14,169 nucleotides of DNA from Candidatus Micrarchaeota archaeon (GCA_043805855.1 JAZDHP010000030.1:1-14169); one strand, 5' to 3'. Shown: positions 1-8,386, numbered from the stretch's first letter. Translations and numbers: made by a program. The notes: generated by a model from the letters alone, not told the origin.

Positions 1-2
1 CC

Positions 3-3000
3 AGTTTTACCAGTCCATAAATCTCCACCTAAGTGGAACACAACTGGCTTTGTTTTAATGTCAACAAAAGCATTGTATGGAAACATTGCAAATGGACACG
101 GCTGTGTAGGCGTACACTGCTGGCGACGGCGGAACACTGTGTTATTTAACACGTTTAAAACTTGTGCTTTTGTCCATACCATAGAGTCAGGCTGGTTGTC
201 TACAACGACAATTTTAGTGTCACCATCTTTAACAGGAACAGGTACTGAAGAATCTGGTTTGTAAACTTTAAGCTGTGAATCCATTTCAACGTTAGTTGGC
301 ACACCGTACAAATCTGTTGGTAGCGATTCGTGCGTTACAATTGGCTTGACTGTTTGCGCTGACAAGATTATTGGATTGTCATTTAACTGGTAGTAATTTT
401 CAGTTTCTTCGCTACTGCCTTGGAAAATCGCTACTCGCGAGTTACTCTCGCCTGAATACTGGCGATTGTTTATAATCGCGTGAATGTAAGTTGGCACGAG
501 GTTAAGTTTGTCAATGCCAGGTTCAGTCCAAACTTTTTCTTGCGCGACAACTGCACGGTAAGGTGAATTAAAACTATATAAAGCAACGCCATCTACGTTG
601 TTAGCTACTTGCTGAACATTGCCCGGCGCAAGGTAAAACTTTACGTTTAGCGGGATTTCAATTTGGGTATCAGTACCATACGACATTATAACTAGCGATG
701 CAGCTTCGTCTTTTGTTTTAACTGCGTTTGGGTTCTTTGCAAATAGTGAACATTTGCCTTGCTTTGAAGCGTCGTACTTTAACAACATTAAGTTATCCGC
801 GTAAGGCGTGTACTCTTCTGGCAATTGCAATACAGTCTTTGGATCTTCAACTACTTCAAAACAACCAGTCGGATCAATCAAACGGTAACTTCGCTCTTGG
901 CTTGGCGCTTTAGTGAAGTTAAACTGTAACAACAGTGCATCTGCTGGCAAGAAGGAATCAGCGTAAAAGTCAATTGCTTCAACTGGAGTCGTTGTAGCTC
1001 CATTTCGTAGTGATAGTTCAAGAACAGGCTTTGCTGCGGCTGTATGTTCTGGTATATATGATAAAATGTAGTGGCTTGGCAGTGGAGCTAGTGATACTTC
1101 AGTTTGGGGTAAGCCAACTAAGTTTACTGTGGTTTCCATTTGTTCGCCGCCGTAACTTAGTGCAATTGGATACTCTGGATCTGCTAACTTTGTTGGCCTT
1201 GTTCGTACCTTTCCGCTAACTTCGTAGTTTGTCTTTGAAGTCATTGAATATTTATTTTCAGTATTTTTAACATTGTACGCGGTTAGTTGAGAATCTCTAA
1301 AGCGTTCAATTCCACCAAAGTCAAGATATGGACCTTCTTGGTCTTCAGTTCTCATTATTTGAATGAACGTTTTATCAGTTTGGAAAGTCAACTGTCTTCC
1401 ATTGTCAAGATCAGGATTAAAGTCAATAATTTTATAATTTAGCACAAACTCTATTGGAATCTCGCCAGTGTTTTCGTTGGACAAAATCGCTGGCTTTACA
1501 ATAAACCCTTCTGGCCCCGGGCTAGTGCGACTTTCTTGTTCAAAGCTAAGTTTGAGACAAGCTTGTTGACTGCATTGCACTAAAGTGTTTTCAAGAGGTA
1601 TAACTTTAAAAGTAGAAATGTTTACAGCTGCACCGCATTCACCAGCGCTGCGCGTTTGGCGCAGTTGCCCTAGCGTAGCGTCAGTTGGAGAACGAAGGTA
1701 CGTGTCGTTTGCTAAAATGTTGTAACCGCGGTAAGAGAGATTTAAACGATTTGGCGACGTTGATTTAGTTACCATAAAGGGTATAATCATTTTAAATGAA
1801 GTTCCAGATTCAGTGACGTTTTTCTCGGCGTTTATCCATTTGAAAACTCCAACTTCATTTGCCGCCACTTCACCGCCGCAGCTTGTTGACGAATATGAAT
1901 TGCCTCCTTTTAGCATAACTGGATTAAGTTCGCTTGGATCCATGTAGTTTATTGAATCGCGTTCGTTCAATGGAAAGCCTTTGAAAATAAACGCGTTGTC
2001 GTTTGATAAACCGGATGAATCACTTCCCATACGAAGGTAAACCCCAGCTGCAATTGCGTCGGGATGAACGTTTACAATTGTGAAAACAGCGCGGTAAATT
2101 TCACCTGCTTTTAGAACAGTTAAGTCAGTTGCGTCTGGCGGGTTTATTGGTACTTCAGTAGTTCCGTCTCGCATATAAACTTTGAACGTTCCATCTGGAA
2201 TGACTTGGCTGTTGGAAGTTGACGACATTTCAACTATAACTGGCTCGTTCATTATTCCAACGTCTGGAATAACGTGTTGAACTTTGTCAAAGTAACCTTC
2301 TGAACGCGCAGTTATAGTGTAAGGAATATTAGCTTTCAAACTAACTGGACAACGACCATCAAAGTAACTTTGGCCGTTTTCTAAATCTGGATTTGCCTGC
2401 GGGCAGCCAGTAACAATGACTGTTTGTCCGCGGTATTCATAAGAAACTGTGAATTCAGTTTGTTCAGTTATAGTATCATCTTCTTGCATTTCACCATTAA
2501 CTACAGTGTAGCCAATTGCTTTGAGCGAAAGGTAAGACTCCAAAGGCAATAGTTTAAGCGTTACGTTGTTATTTTCAGGCGAAACAGTTAAGTTTTCATC
2601 GCTGTCAAAAGCACCGTTTGAAAAGTTAACTGCATGGAATAACAATAATTGTAAAGGCATGTTTGCAAATTCTACAAAGCCTGAACGGGCGGCTAATGCT
2701 GGCGCTAAATAGTGGCCGTTTTCTAACTTTACAGTTACGTTTGCACCTGTTGGCTCATTGTAAAAGTCAACTACGTTCACCTTAACGTTAACTGAATTTT
2801 CAGGGGTTTTCTTGGTTAGGTTAACTGTAAATGAAGTGCTAGTTGAGTCTAGAGTTATTTCTGGAGTTGCAAGGCGCACGTGGCTAGCTGAGTAAATTGA
2901 AAAGTAAATTGTCGTTCCAATTTCAAGGTTTGGAATAACTTGAGTGCGAGTAGCGCGGGGAAGTTGCATTAATTGCTTTTGTTCTTCTTGGCCATCAACT

Positions 3001-4163
3001 TTGTAAATAGTAACGTCAGCTGAAATTGAACTTGTCCTGCTAACTGCATCAATCTCTGCTAAGTTGAGAGTTAAGTTAACTGAATTGTTTTCATTTGCTT
3101 TTATCATCCTAATTGTAAAAGTTAAGCCAGGAGCAACGATTTGCGAAGGAGATACTTGTGAAATATAGCCATCTTCAGTTGCATCTACAGCTACGTAAAT
3201 TGTACTTGCGTGTGCAATGTCTGAAAACGTCGCGGTACCGTTTACATTTGTAACATTACTATCTACAACACTATTACCAGAATCTAAAAGGGTAACTGCT
3301 GCGCCTGAAAGCTGTGCGCCGGTTTCGTTAACAACGTTTACAGTTACCAACGCTTCGCCGGCTAGATTTCCCCTTGCGCCGGTTACGTTTGCGCGGTCAT
3401 GCGGGCTAGGTGCGCCGTTAGCTGAATCGCCTAAATCTATATCAAATGAACCGCGAGTAACAGTTAGCTTAACTGTGTGCGTTGCAGCTGCAGTGAAAGT
3501 TTCAGTCTTGGAAGAGTAACCTTGTGCAGTTACAACCGCGCGCACTGATGAACCAAGCGGCGCGTTTAACTGTGCGATTCCGTTTTCATCAGTTCTAGCT
3601 GTTCTAGTTTGTTGACTAACCGTATAAGAAACGCTTGCGCTTTCAATTGGCTCGTCGTCAGAAGTTGTAACTAGTAAATTAACTGCGCCAGCCATGCTTG
3701 TAGTTGCAGTTCGTAGAATAAACGGCGCAACTGGACTTCCAACTATAAAGCTACGAATTTGAACTGCATAGCCTTCTTTTGAAATTGAAACGCTTAAACG
3801 TTTACCTTCTTGCAATCCAGAAAACGAAGCTACTCCATTATCGTCAGTTGTCATAGATGTGTTTAGATCAACGCCAGTTAGGGTTACAAGTGCTCCGGCA
3901 ATTGCTTCGCCGCTTGAAGTTTGCACTTTTAGTTCAACGTTACTAGAAGCTAAACCGAGGTTGGCAAGTATAGCTGGATTAGTAAAGAGAAAAGCGCCGC
4001 CAATAATTAATAGTAAAACAACTGTGAACAACGGCAAAGTGGGAATTCCCTTTGCTTCAATTGCACTTACAAGCGGTTTCAAGTTAAGCCCGTTTTTAGA
4101 GAGCCACTCAATTGCACCGTAGTATTTATCTTCAACAGAATAGTAGATTTCTTTTAATCCCAA
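3..4163 (-). CDS. Giant membrane-anchored surface protein with carboxypeptidase-regulatory-like/prealbumin-type beta-sandwich repeats (3' end beyond the left edge; at least 1387 aa)
   Basis: Manual translation. TTG at 4163 has a GGGGTTGAGG RBS-like tract upstream and an in-frame TGA at 4170-4172. N-terminus MGLKEIYYSVEDKYYGAIEWLSKNG...GIPTLPLFTVVLLLIIGGAFLF (TM helix). Repeats follow: GEAIAGALVTL..TTDDNGVASF..SKEGY, DEPIESASVSY..RTDENGIAQL..AQGY, GAQLSGAAVTL..TNVNGTATF..EDGY. The frame stays open to the edge (...FHLGGDLWTGKT). Many N-x-S/T sequons. Confidence 0.9.
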   Translation of the reverse strand, partial: MGLKEIYYSVEDKYYGAIEWLSKNGLNLKPLVSAIEAKGIPTLPLFTVVLLLIIGGAFLFTNPAILANLGLASSNVELKVQTSSGEAIAGALVTLTGVDLNTSMTTDDNGVASFSGLQEGKRLSVSISKEGYAVQIRSFIVGSPVAPFILRTATTSMAGAVNLLVTTSDDEPIESASVSYTVSQQTRTARTDENGIAQLNAPLGSSVRAVVTAQGYSSKTETFTAAATHTVKLTVTRGSFDIDLGDSANGAPSPHDRANVTGARGNLAGEALVTVNVVNETGAQLSGAAVTLLDSGNSVVDSNVTNVNGTATFSDIAHASTIYVAVDATEDGYISQVSPSQIVAPGLTFTIRMIKANENNSVNLTLNLAEIDAVSRTSSISADVTIYKVDGQEEQKQLMQLPRATRTQVIPNLEIGTTIYFSIYSASHVRLATPEITLDSTSTSFTVNLTKKTPENSVNVKVNVVDFYNEPTGANVTVKLENGHYLAPALAARSGFVEFANMPLQLLLFHAVNFSNGAFDSDENLTVSPENNNVTLKLLPLESYLSLKAIGYTVVNGEMQEDDTITEQTEFTVSYEYRGQTVIVTGCPQANPDLENGQSYFDGRCPVSLKANIPYTITARSEGYFDKVQHVIPDVGIMNEPVIVEMSSTSNSQVIPDGTFKVYMRDGTTEVPINPPDATDLTVLKAGEIYRAVFTIVNVHPDAIAAGVYLRMGSDSSGLSNDNAFIFKGFPLNERDSINYMDPSELNPVMLKGGNSYSSTSCGGEVAANEVGVFKWINAEKNVTESGTSFKMIIPFMVTKSTSPNRLNLSYRGYNILANDTYLRSPTDATLGQLRQTRSAGECGAAVNISTFKVIPLENTLVQCSQQACLKLSFEQESRTSPGPEGFIVKPAILSNENTGEIPIEFVLNYKIIDFNPDLDNGRQLTFQTDKTFIQIMRTEDQEGPYLDFGGIERFRDSQLTAYNVKNTENKYSMTSKTNYEVSGKVRTRPTKLADPEYPIALSYGGEQMETTVNLVGLPQTEVSLAPLPSHYILSYIPEHTAAAKPVLELSLRNGATTTPVEAIDFYADSFLPADALLLQFNFTKAPSQERSYRLIDPTGCFEVVEDPKTVLQLPEEYTPYADNLMLLKYDASKQGKCSLFAKNPNAVKTKDEAASLVIMSYGTDTQIEIPLNVKFYLAPGNVQQVANNVDGVALYSFNSPYRAVVAQEKVWTEPGIDKLNLVPTYIHAIINNRQYSGESNSRVAIFQGSSEETENYYQLNDNPIILSAQTVKPIVTHESLPTDLYGVPTNVEMDSQLKVYKPDSSVPVPVKDGDTKIVVVDNQPDSMVWTKAQVLNVLNNTVFRRRQQCTPTQPCPFAMFPYNAFVDIKTKPVVFHLGGDLWTGKT

Positions 4164-4248
4164 ATTGCCTCAACCCCTTAAGAGCATATCTTATTAATTG
4201 GTTAGCTTAAACATATTTAAAAAGCTCCCTTTAGATGGTGAAAAGCAA
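4164..4248. promoter_or_regulatory. Divergent intergenic region with TATA-like tract and RBSs for both flanking genes
   Basis: 85-bp gap between divergent genes. ATATTTAAAAA at about 4213-4223 is TATA-like on either strand. GGTGA at 4237-4241 precedes GTG 4249, and GGTTGAGG on the minus strand precedes TTG 4163. Confidence 0.55.
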
Positions 4249-6000
4249 GTGAAAACGGTTAATAAAAGTATTGTTTACAAGGCAAGGCAAGAATGCCAAG
4301 AATTGATAGAAAAAACGCTTGAAAAACTTTACAAAATTAAAAAAGAAGCAAACGTTGAAGTGCACTTTGAAAGCAGTAGAAAAGCAGATGCTAGCACGGC
4401 AGTTGCGTTTCAACTAGCACAAGAATTAAAGAAAAATCCAGTTCAAATTGCGAGTGAAATCGCAGCACAGTGCAAGCCAACTAAATTAATCGACTCAATA
4501 TCCGCCCTAGGCGGATTTGTCAACTTCACGTTTTCACAAGAATACTACAAAAACGCAATTGCAGAAAGTGTAGATGTGCCTTTCGGCAGTGCGAAGCCAA
4601 ACGGCAAAGTAGCAATTGTGGAATATTCTTCTCCAAACGTCGGGAAACCATTGCACATCGGACACTGCCGCAGCACAATTTACGGCGAAGTTTTGAAAAA
4701 GCTGCTCATCGCAAATGGTTGGGAAACAACCGGCTCTAACTTCCTCTGCGAAGCAGGCACGCAAGTTGCAAAACTAATCGTAGGAATGAGACACTATGGC
4801 GGCGCTAAGGTAAAAGATGAACGCGAGTTGCTAGACTACTATGTTAGAATAAATAGCGAAATTGAAAAGAACCCACAGTTAGCTGAAGAAACGCGAAGCG
4901 TTTTGGAAAAAATGGAAAGCGGAGATAAAGAAATTGCCGCGGAGCTAAAACACGTGCGCGACTTAAGTCTCCCTGCAGTTCACGAATTGTACAAACAGTT
5001 AAACGTTACATTTGACGAAGAGATTTACGACTCGGATTACATTACGCATGGAAAAGAATTAGTACAAGAGGCAGTTGAAAAGAAAATTGCGTTTAAAGAC
5101 AAAACCGGCGAAATTGTCGGAAATATAGAAAGCACCGGCGTGCCGAATTTAATTATACTACGTTCAAACGGCACGACGTTATACTCGACACGTGATTTAG
5201 GTTTAGCTGAAGCGCGGTGGAAAAAGTACAAGCCGGATTTGTCAGTAATTGTAACCGGCAGTGACCAGAATTTACACTTTAGACAAGTTGTAAAGTTGCT
5301 AGAATTGCTGAAAAGGCCAATTGCTGGGCGAATAAAGCACATTGGCTATGGTTTAATTATGCTTCCAGAGGGTAAATTATCCTCTCGCGCTGGCCGAGTT
5401 GTGTTCTTGCAAGATGTTATAAACGAAGCAGCTGACGCGGCTGAAAAAGAAATTCTAACACGACAACCAGATATTAACAAAAAAGAAGCGAAGCTACGCG
5501 CAAAGGAAATCGGAGTAGCAGCGTTGAAATTTGCACTTCTTAAAGTAAGCGCGGAGAAAAACATCACATTTGACTTTAACAAAATGGTATCCTTCGAAGG
5601 AGACACCGGCGCATACCTACAATATTCACTCGTGCGTTGCAAAAGTATTTTAGAAAAAAGCGAAGCTGAGAAAAAAGAAAACAAAAAGAGCGCAAAATCG
5701 AAGAAAACTAAAACCACACCACATTACGAGTTAAACCAAGAAGAAAAAGAACTACTCATAATTCTATCCGCGTTTCCGCTAGTTGTTGAAAACGCAGCAA
5801 GGAGTTTGGCCCCGCAAGTAATCTGCGACTACTTATTGAAAACGGCGGCTGCGTTTTCTAAGTTTTATTCGCTGCACTCAGTTCTAAATGCTGAAAGCGA
5901 AGAGTTGAAAGCACAGCGGATTGAACTCGTGAAAGCAACTGCCAACGTAATGCAAAAAGGCTTGAAAATTCTAGGCATAACGCCAATGGAAAGAATGTAA
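4249..6000 (+). CDS. argS: Arginine--tRNA ligase
   Basis: Class I HIGH motif VEYSSPNVGKPLHIGHCRSTIYG, LRSNGTTLYSTRDL, VTGSDQNLHF, KMSKS-equivalent KLSSRAG, and FEGDTGAYLQYS. Typical C-terminus GLKILGITPMERM. Start moved from TTG 4198 to GTG 4249 because GGTGA lies 7 nt upstream of it. Confidence 0.97.
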   Translation: MKTVNKSIVYKARQECQELIEKTLEKLYKIKKEANVEVHFESSRKADASTAVAFQLAQELKKNPVQIASEIAAQCKPTKLIDSISALGGFVNFTFSQEYYKNAIAESVDVPFGSAKPNGKVAIVEYSSPNVGKPLHIGHCRSTIYGEVLKKLLIANGWETTGSNFLCEAGTQVAKLIVGMRHYGGAKVKDERELLDYYVRINSEIEKNPQLAEETRSVLEKMESGDKEIAAELKHVRDLSLPAVHELYKQLNVTFDEEIYDSDYITHGKELVQEAVEKKIAFKDKTGEIVGNIESTGVPNLIILRSNGTTLYSTRDLGLAEARWKKYKPDLSVIVTGSDQNLHFRQVVKLLELLKRPIAGRIKHIGYGLIMLPEGKLSSRAGRVVFLQDVINEAADAAEKEILTRQPDINKKEAKLRAKEIGVAALKFALLKVSAEKNITFDFNKMVSFEGDTGAYLQYSLVRCKSILEKSEAEKKENKKSAKSKKTKTTPHYELNQEEKELLIILSAFPLVVENAARSLAPQVICDYLLKTAAAFSKFYSLHSVLNAESEELKAQRIELVKATANVMQKGLKILGITPMERM

Positions 6001-6018
6001 GCGAAAAGAGGGAAGAAT

Positions 6019-6492
6019 ATGAATGCGAAAACAATAGCTATTGCAATAATAATTGTTGCAGCACTTGGTGCAATACTATTTTTAATAGACAGCGGAAGCG
6101 AAATAAAAAAAGCAACGCTGGATACGCATGACTTTGGCACGCCTGCAGTAATACCTTTACTAGCAATACAAGAGGTTAGATGCCAAACTAACTGTAACCG
6201 CACTGAACTAATTGGCTGTAACGAAACAATTGTAGCAACACGAAAATGTACTAGTCAGTTTGCGCCAAATGAAGAAATTAAAGATACCTGTGTTTCATTT
6301 GTTGATAGTTATTCAGAATACGAAGAAATCACGCGAAATTCTAACGAATTACTATTAGGCTTTGATAAGCAAATAATCACTTTGAATGTTTCAATGCCAA
6401 GTTTAACCGGCGTTAAAGAAAAAACAACTGAAATGTTAGATAAACTTGGACTTTGTACCAAAGCAATAGCTAAACTTCGCAATTACAAATAG
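6019..6492 (+). CDS. Hypothetical secreted/membrane-anchored protein (157 aa, 6 Cys)
   Basis: GAGGG RBS upstream, 18 nt after the argS stop. N-terminal hydrophobic segment IAIAIIIVAALGAILFLI. Six Cys and sequons NRT, NET, NVS. No family recognised. Confidence 0.8.
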   Translation: MNAKTIAIAIIIVAALGAILFLIDSGSEIKKATLDTHDFGTPAVIPLLAIQEVRCQTNCNRTELIGCNETIVATRKCTSQFAPNEEIKDTCVSFVDSYSEYEEITRNSNELLLGFDKQIITLNVSMPSLTGVKEKTTEMLDKLGLCTKAIAKLRNYK

Positions 6493-6511
6493 CAAAAATG
6501 TGAGCTAGAAA

Positions 6512-6937
6512 ATGAACAAGAAGCATATTGAAATTGCAGTTACGATTTTACAAAATGCAAATGGTTTATTTTTTGTACACCAACGAAGTGACAGAAAAAA
6601 GTTTTTCCCATCATTATATGGCTTAGGTGCTGGCGGGCAAGTTGAACAAGGAGAAACCTCACAAAAAGCCGTGCAAAGAGAGCTAAAAGAAGAACTGGGC
6701 ATAGACGCTGTTCCAAAGTTTTTATTTACTTTCCAAGTGGAAAGCAAAACAGCCGACAACACAACTGCATTAACAATGCACTATTTTCACGTTGTTTCCG
6801 ACGTTGAACCGAAAACTTGCGATGAATTTCAATGGACTGGCTGGATGAACAAAGAAGAGGTTAACAAACTAGCAACTTCTGGAAAAATGACGCCAGGCGC
6901 AAAAACAGCTTGGGAAAAGTTCAAGCTACTTCTTTGA
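6512..6937 (+). CDS. Nudix hydrolase (YfcD/IDI-fold-like subgroup)
   Basis: Nudix box GQVEQGETSQKAVQRELKEELGI. The upstream HQRSDRKKFFP segment is typical of the IDI/YfcD-like branch. Confidence 0.9.
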   Translation: MNKKHIEIAVTILQNANGLFFVHQRSDRKKFFPSLYGLGAGGQVEQGETSQKAVQRELKEELGIDAVPKFLFTFQVESKTADNTTALTMHYFHVVSDVEPKTCDEFQWTGWMNKEEVNKLATSGKMTPGAKTAWEKFKLLL

Positions 6938-7601
6938 ATCCATTCCAGTAGTTTTTCTCCCTTGTACCGAGGAGTTTTACTGTTTTTCCTTTTACTAACA
7001 CAGCTTGCTTGTCAGTAAGTGCAACAATTGGAAAGTTTGTGCTGCGCGAAGCGTTGTCAATTATAATTTTGTTTTTTTCGACGAAATGGGGACTGATTAA
7101 GAAGTGAACAACTGCCAAGCCTGGTTCTTTTTTTGATAGGCCAAAAGTATCACGCTTTGGATTCTTCCAAAGTGCCATTTCAAGCGACTCACACATTAAG
7201 TAAGTACCTCCGCTTGAACCAACGTACACGATACCGCGCTTGAGTAAACCGTAAAGCAACTTATCAAATCCAGTTTTCTTCACCCAGTGCATGAGAAAGA
7301 AGACGTTTCCACCGCTTACAAAAATTACGTCTTTGTCAACTAGTATTTTCTCCAGCTCTGTGCTTGTCTTGTCACGAATGTCAAGATCTTCAACTTGCGT
7401 TATGCCAGCGTCGAAGAGACTTTGGCGATCAGTAGTCATCCATGATGGTTCTTTGCCATCGGACATTTCAAGTGGTTTACTGTATGCACCAGTGGTGATG
7501 AAAACTGCTTTTATTTCGCCAGCTGGCTTTGGCAAGAGATCACGAAATTGTGACCTTATTTCCGACGCAATTCCAGCAGAAGTTAACAAAATTGTGCTCA
7601 T
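6921..7601 (-). CDS. Peptidase S51 family (peptidase E-like, class I glutamine amidotransferase-like fold)
   Basis: ILLTSAG start, FITT, DVIFVSGGN, nucleophile elbow YVGSSGG (GxSAG-like) and SPHF (catalytic His). GTGA RBS-like tract upstream. Confidence 0.88.
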   Translation of the reverse strand: MSTILLTSAGIASEIRSQFRDLLPKPAGEIKAVFITTGAYSKPLEMSDGKEPSWMTTDRQSLFDAGITQVEDLDIRDKTSTELEKILVDKDVIFVSGGNVFFLMHWVKKTGFDKLLYGLLKRGIVYVGSSGGTYLMCESLEMALWKNPKRDTFGLSKKEPGLAVVHFLISPHFVEKNKIIIDNASRSTNFPIVALTDKQAVLVKGKTVKLLGTREKNYWNGFKEVA

Positions 7602-7635
7602 AACTAATCACACGCGTCATAGCATAAAGATGTTT

Positions 7636-7767
7636 TTACTGAACTGCGTATTTTGTTATTTCTGGCGATTGTGCGTTGTGCTTTTTGCAATAAGCTTCGC
7701 ATTTCATCGCGATGCCGTGCTCCCGGTATTCCAACCCGCACTGCCTACAAGAATATAGTCTGTTCAT
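7636..7767 (-). CDS. Small zinc-finger-like protein (43 aa), below the ORF-track cutoff
   Basis: MNRLYSCRQCGLEYREHGIAMKCEAYCKKHNAQSPEITKYAVQ*, with pattern CxxC-x12-CxxxCxxH. Perfect GGTGA 7 nt upstream of ATG 7767. It fills the gap between two co-oriented genes. Confidence 0.8.
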   Translation of the reverse strand: MNRLYSCRQCGLEYREHGIAMKCEAYCKKHNAQSPEITKYAVQ

Positions 7768-7802
7768 TTTTCATTCACCATAAAATCTATTGCTCATGCT
7801 TT

Positions 7803-8354
7803 TCATAAAACTGGTTTTTCACCCAATAAGCAAACTGAATTACTAATTACTTCATTATAAAACGCATTGTTCTTCTTTTTAACGTCGTGCCATTCGGCGA
7901 CGTTAAATATCTTTAAGTTAACCTCACGCCCGAGCTTCGCGGCTAATTCACCACTTGAAATTTTTGTGCTTGAAGTAATTAACAGAAGGTCATAGTCGCT
8001 ATTTTTATCGTCTTCGCCTTTAGCTGCACTGCCAAAAAGCAAAAAACAATTTAGACCCGCGCTTTTTTTCTCCACTTTTTCAATAACTTTAGAAGAAAAA
8101 ATCTTAGAAAGCGTATACGCAATTTTGTTAGCCTTGAATAATGGAGTTAAATTTGCTTTGAAATAAACTCCATTACTACGCTTACTTCTCACTAACATCT
8201 TTTCACTAGCCAAAAAGTTCAAAGCGCGCAATACGCTTGACGCGCTCATTTTCAATGCTCGCGCCAACTCGCGCAAGTATACTTCTTGATAAGGATTTTC
8301 AAAGAAAAAGCTAAGCACTTTAAACTCGTTCCAATTCTGGTACAAGTGTTTCAC
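7803..8354 (-). CDS. Winged-HTH + minimal nucleotidyltransferase (MNT/MntA-like antitoxin)
   Basis: N-terminal wHTH (VYLRELARALKMSASSVLRAL). C-terminal Pol-beta-type motif LFGS-AAKGEDDKNS-DYD matches GS-x10-DxD exactly. C-terminus FYNEVISNSVCLLG is typical of MNTs. Confidence 0.9.
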   Translation of the reverse strand: MKHLYQNWNEFKVLSFFFENPYQEVYLRELARALKMSASSVLRALNFLASEKMLVRSKRSNGVYFKANLTPLFKANKIAYTLSKIFSSKVIEKVEKKSAGLNCFLLFGSAAKGEDDKNSDYDLLLITSSTKISSGELAAKLGREVNLKIFNVAEWHDVKKKNNAFYNEVISNSVCLLGEKPVL

Positions 8355-8374
8355 AAATAGAACAAAAAACTCGT

Positions 8375-8384
8375 TACTTAAAAA
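8375..8384 (-). promoter_or_regulatory. Putative TATA box for the HTH-MNT gene (leaderless)
   Basis: Minus-strand TTTTTAAGTA ends about 20 nt upstream of GTG 8354. No SD motif is present. Confidence 0.4.
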
Positions 8385-8386
8385 CC

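Noticed and set aside
58..4122. Plus-strand ORFs 58..264, 728..913, 1010..1219, 3217..3519, 3859..4122
   Set aside because: They are antisense shadows of the continuous minus-strand giant gene and show no recognisable motifs.
4231..6762. Minus-strand ORFs 4231..4413, 4534..4764, 5037..5342, 5346..5717, 5865..6203, 6505..6762
   Set aside because: They are antisense to argS, the membrane protein and the Nudix gene. Their Phe/Ser-rich composition mirrors Lys/Glu codons.
6512..6937. Type 1 isopentenyl-diphosphate isomerase call
   Set aside because: The catalytic Cys/His segment (xCGHP-like) is replaced by GAGGQV and the ExE motif is not evident. A general Nudix call is safer.
7291..7758. 155-aa plus-strand ORF
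   Set aside because: It is antisense to the peptidase and to the better-supported zinc-finger gene.
7745..7774. Alternative ATG at 7774 (MKNEQTIFL*)
   Set aside because: It is only nine codons, overlaps the GGTGA site too closely, and is out of frame with the Cys motif.
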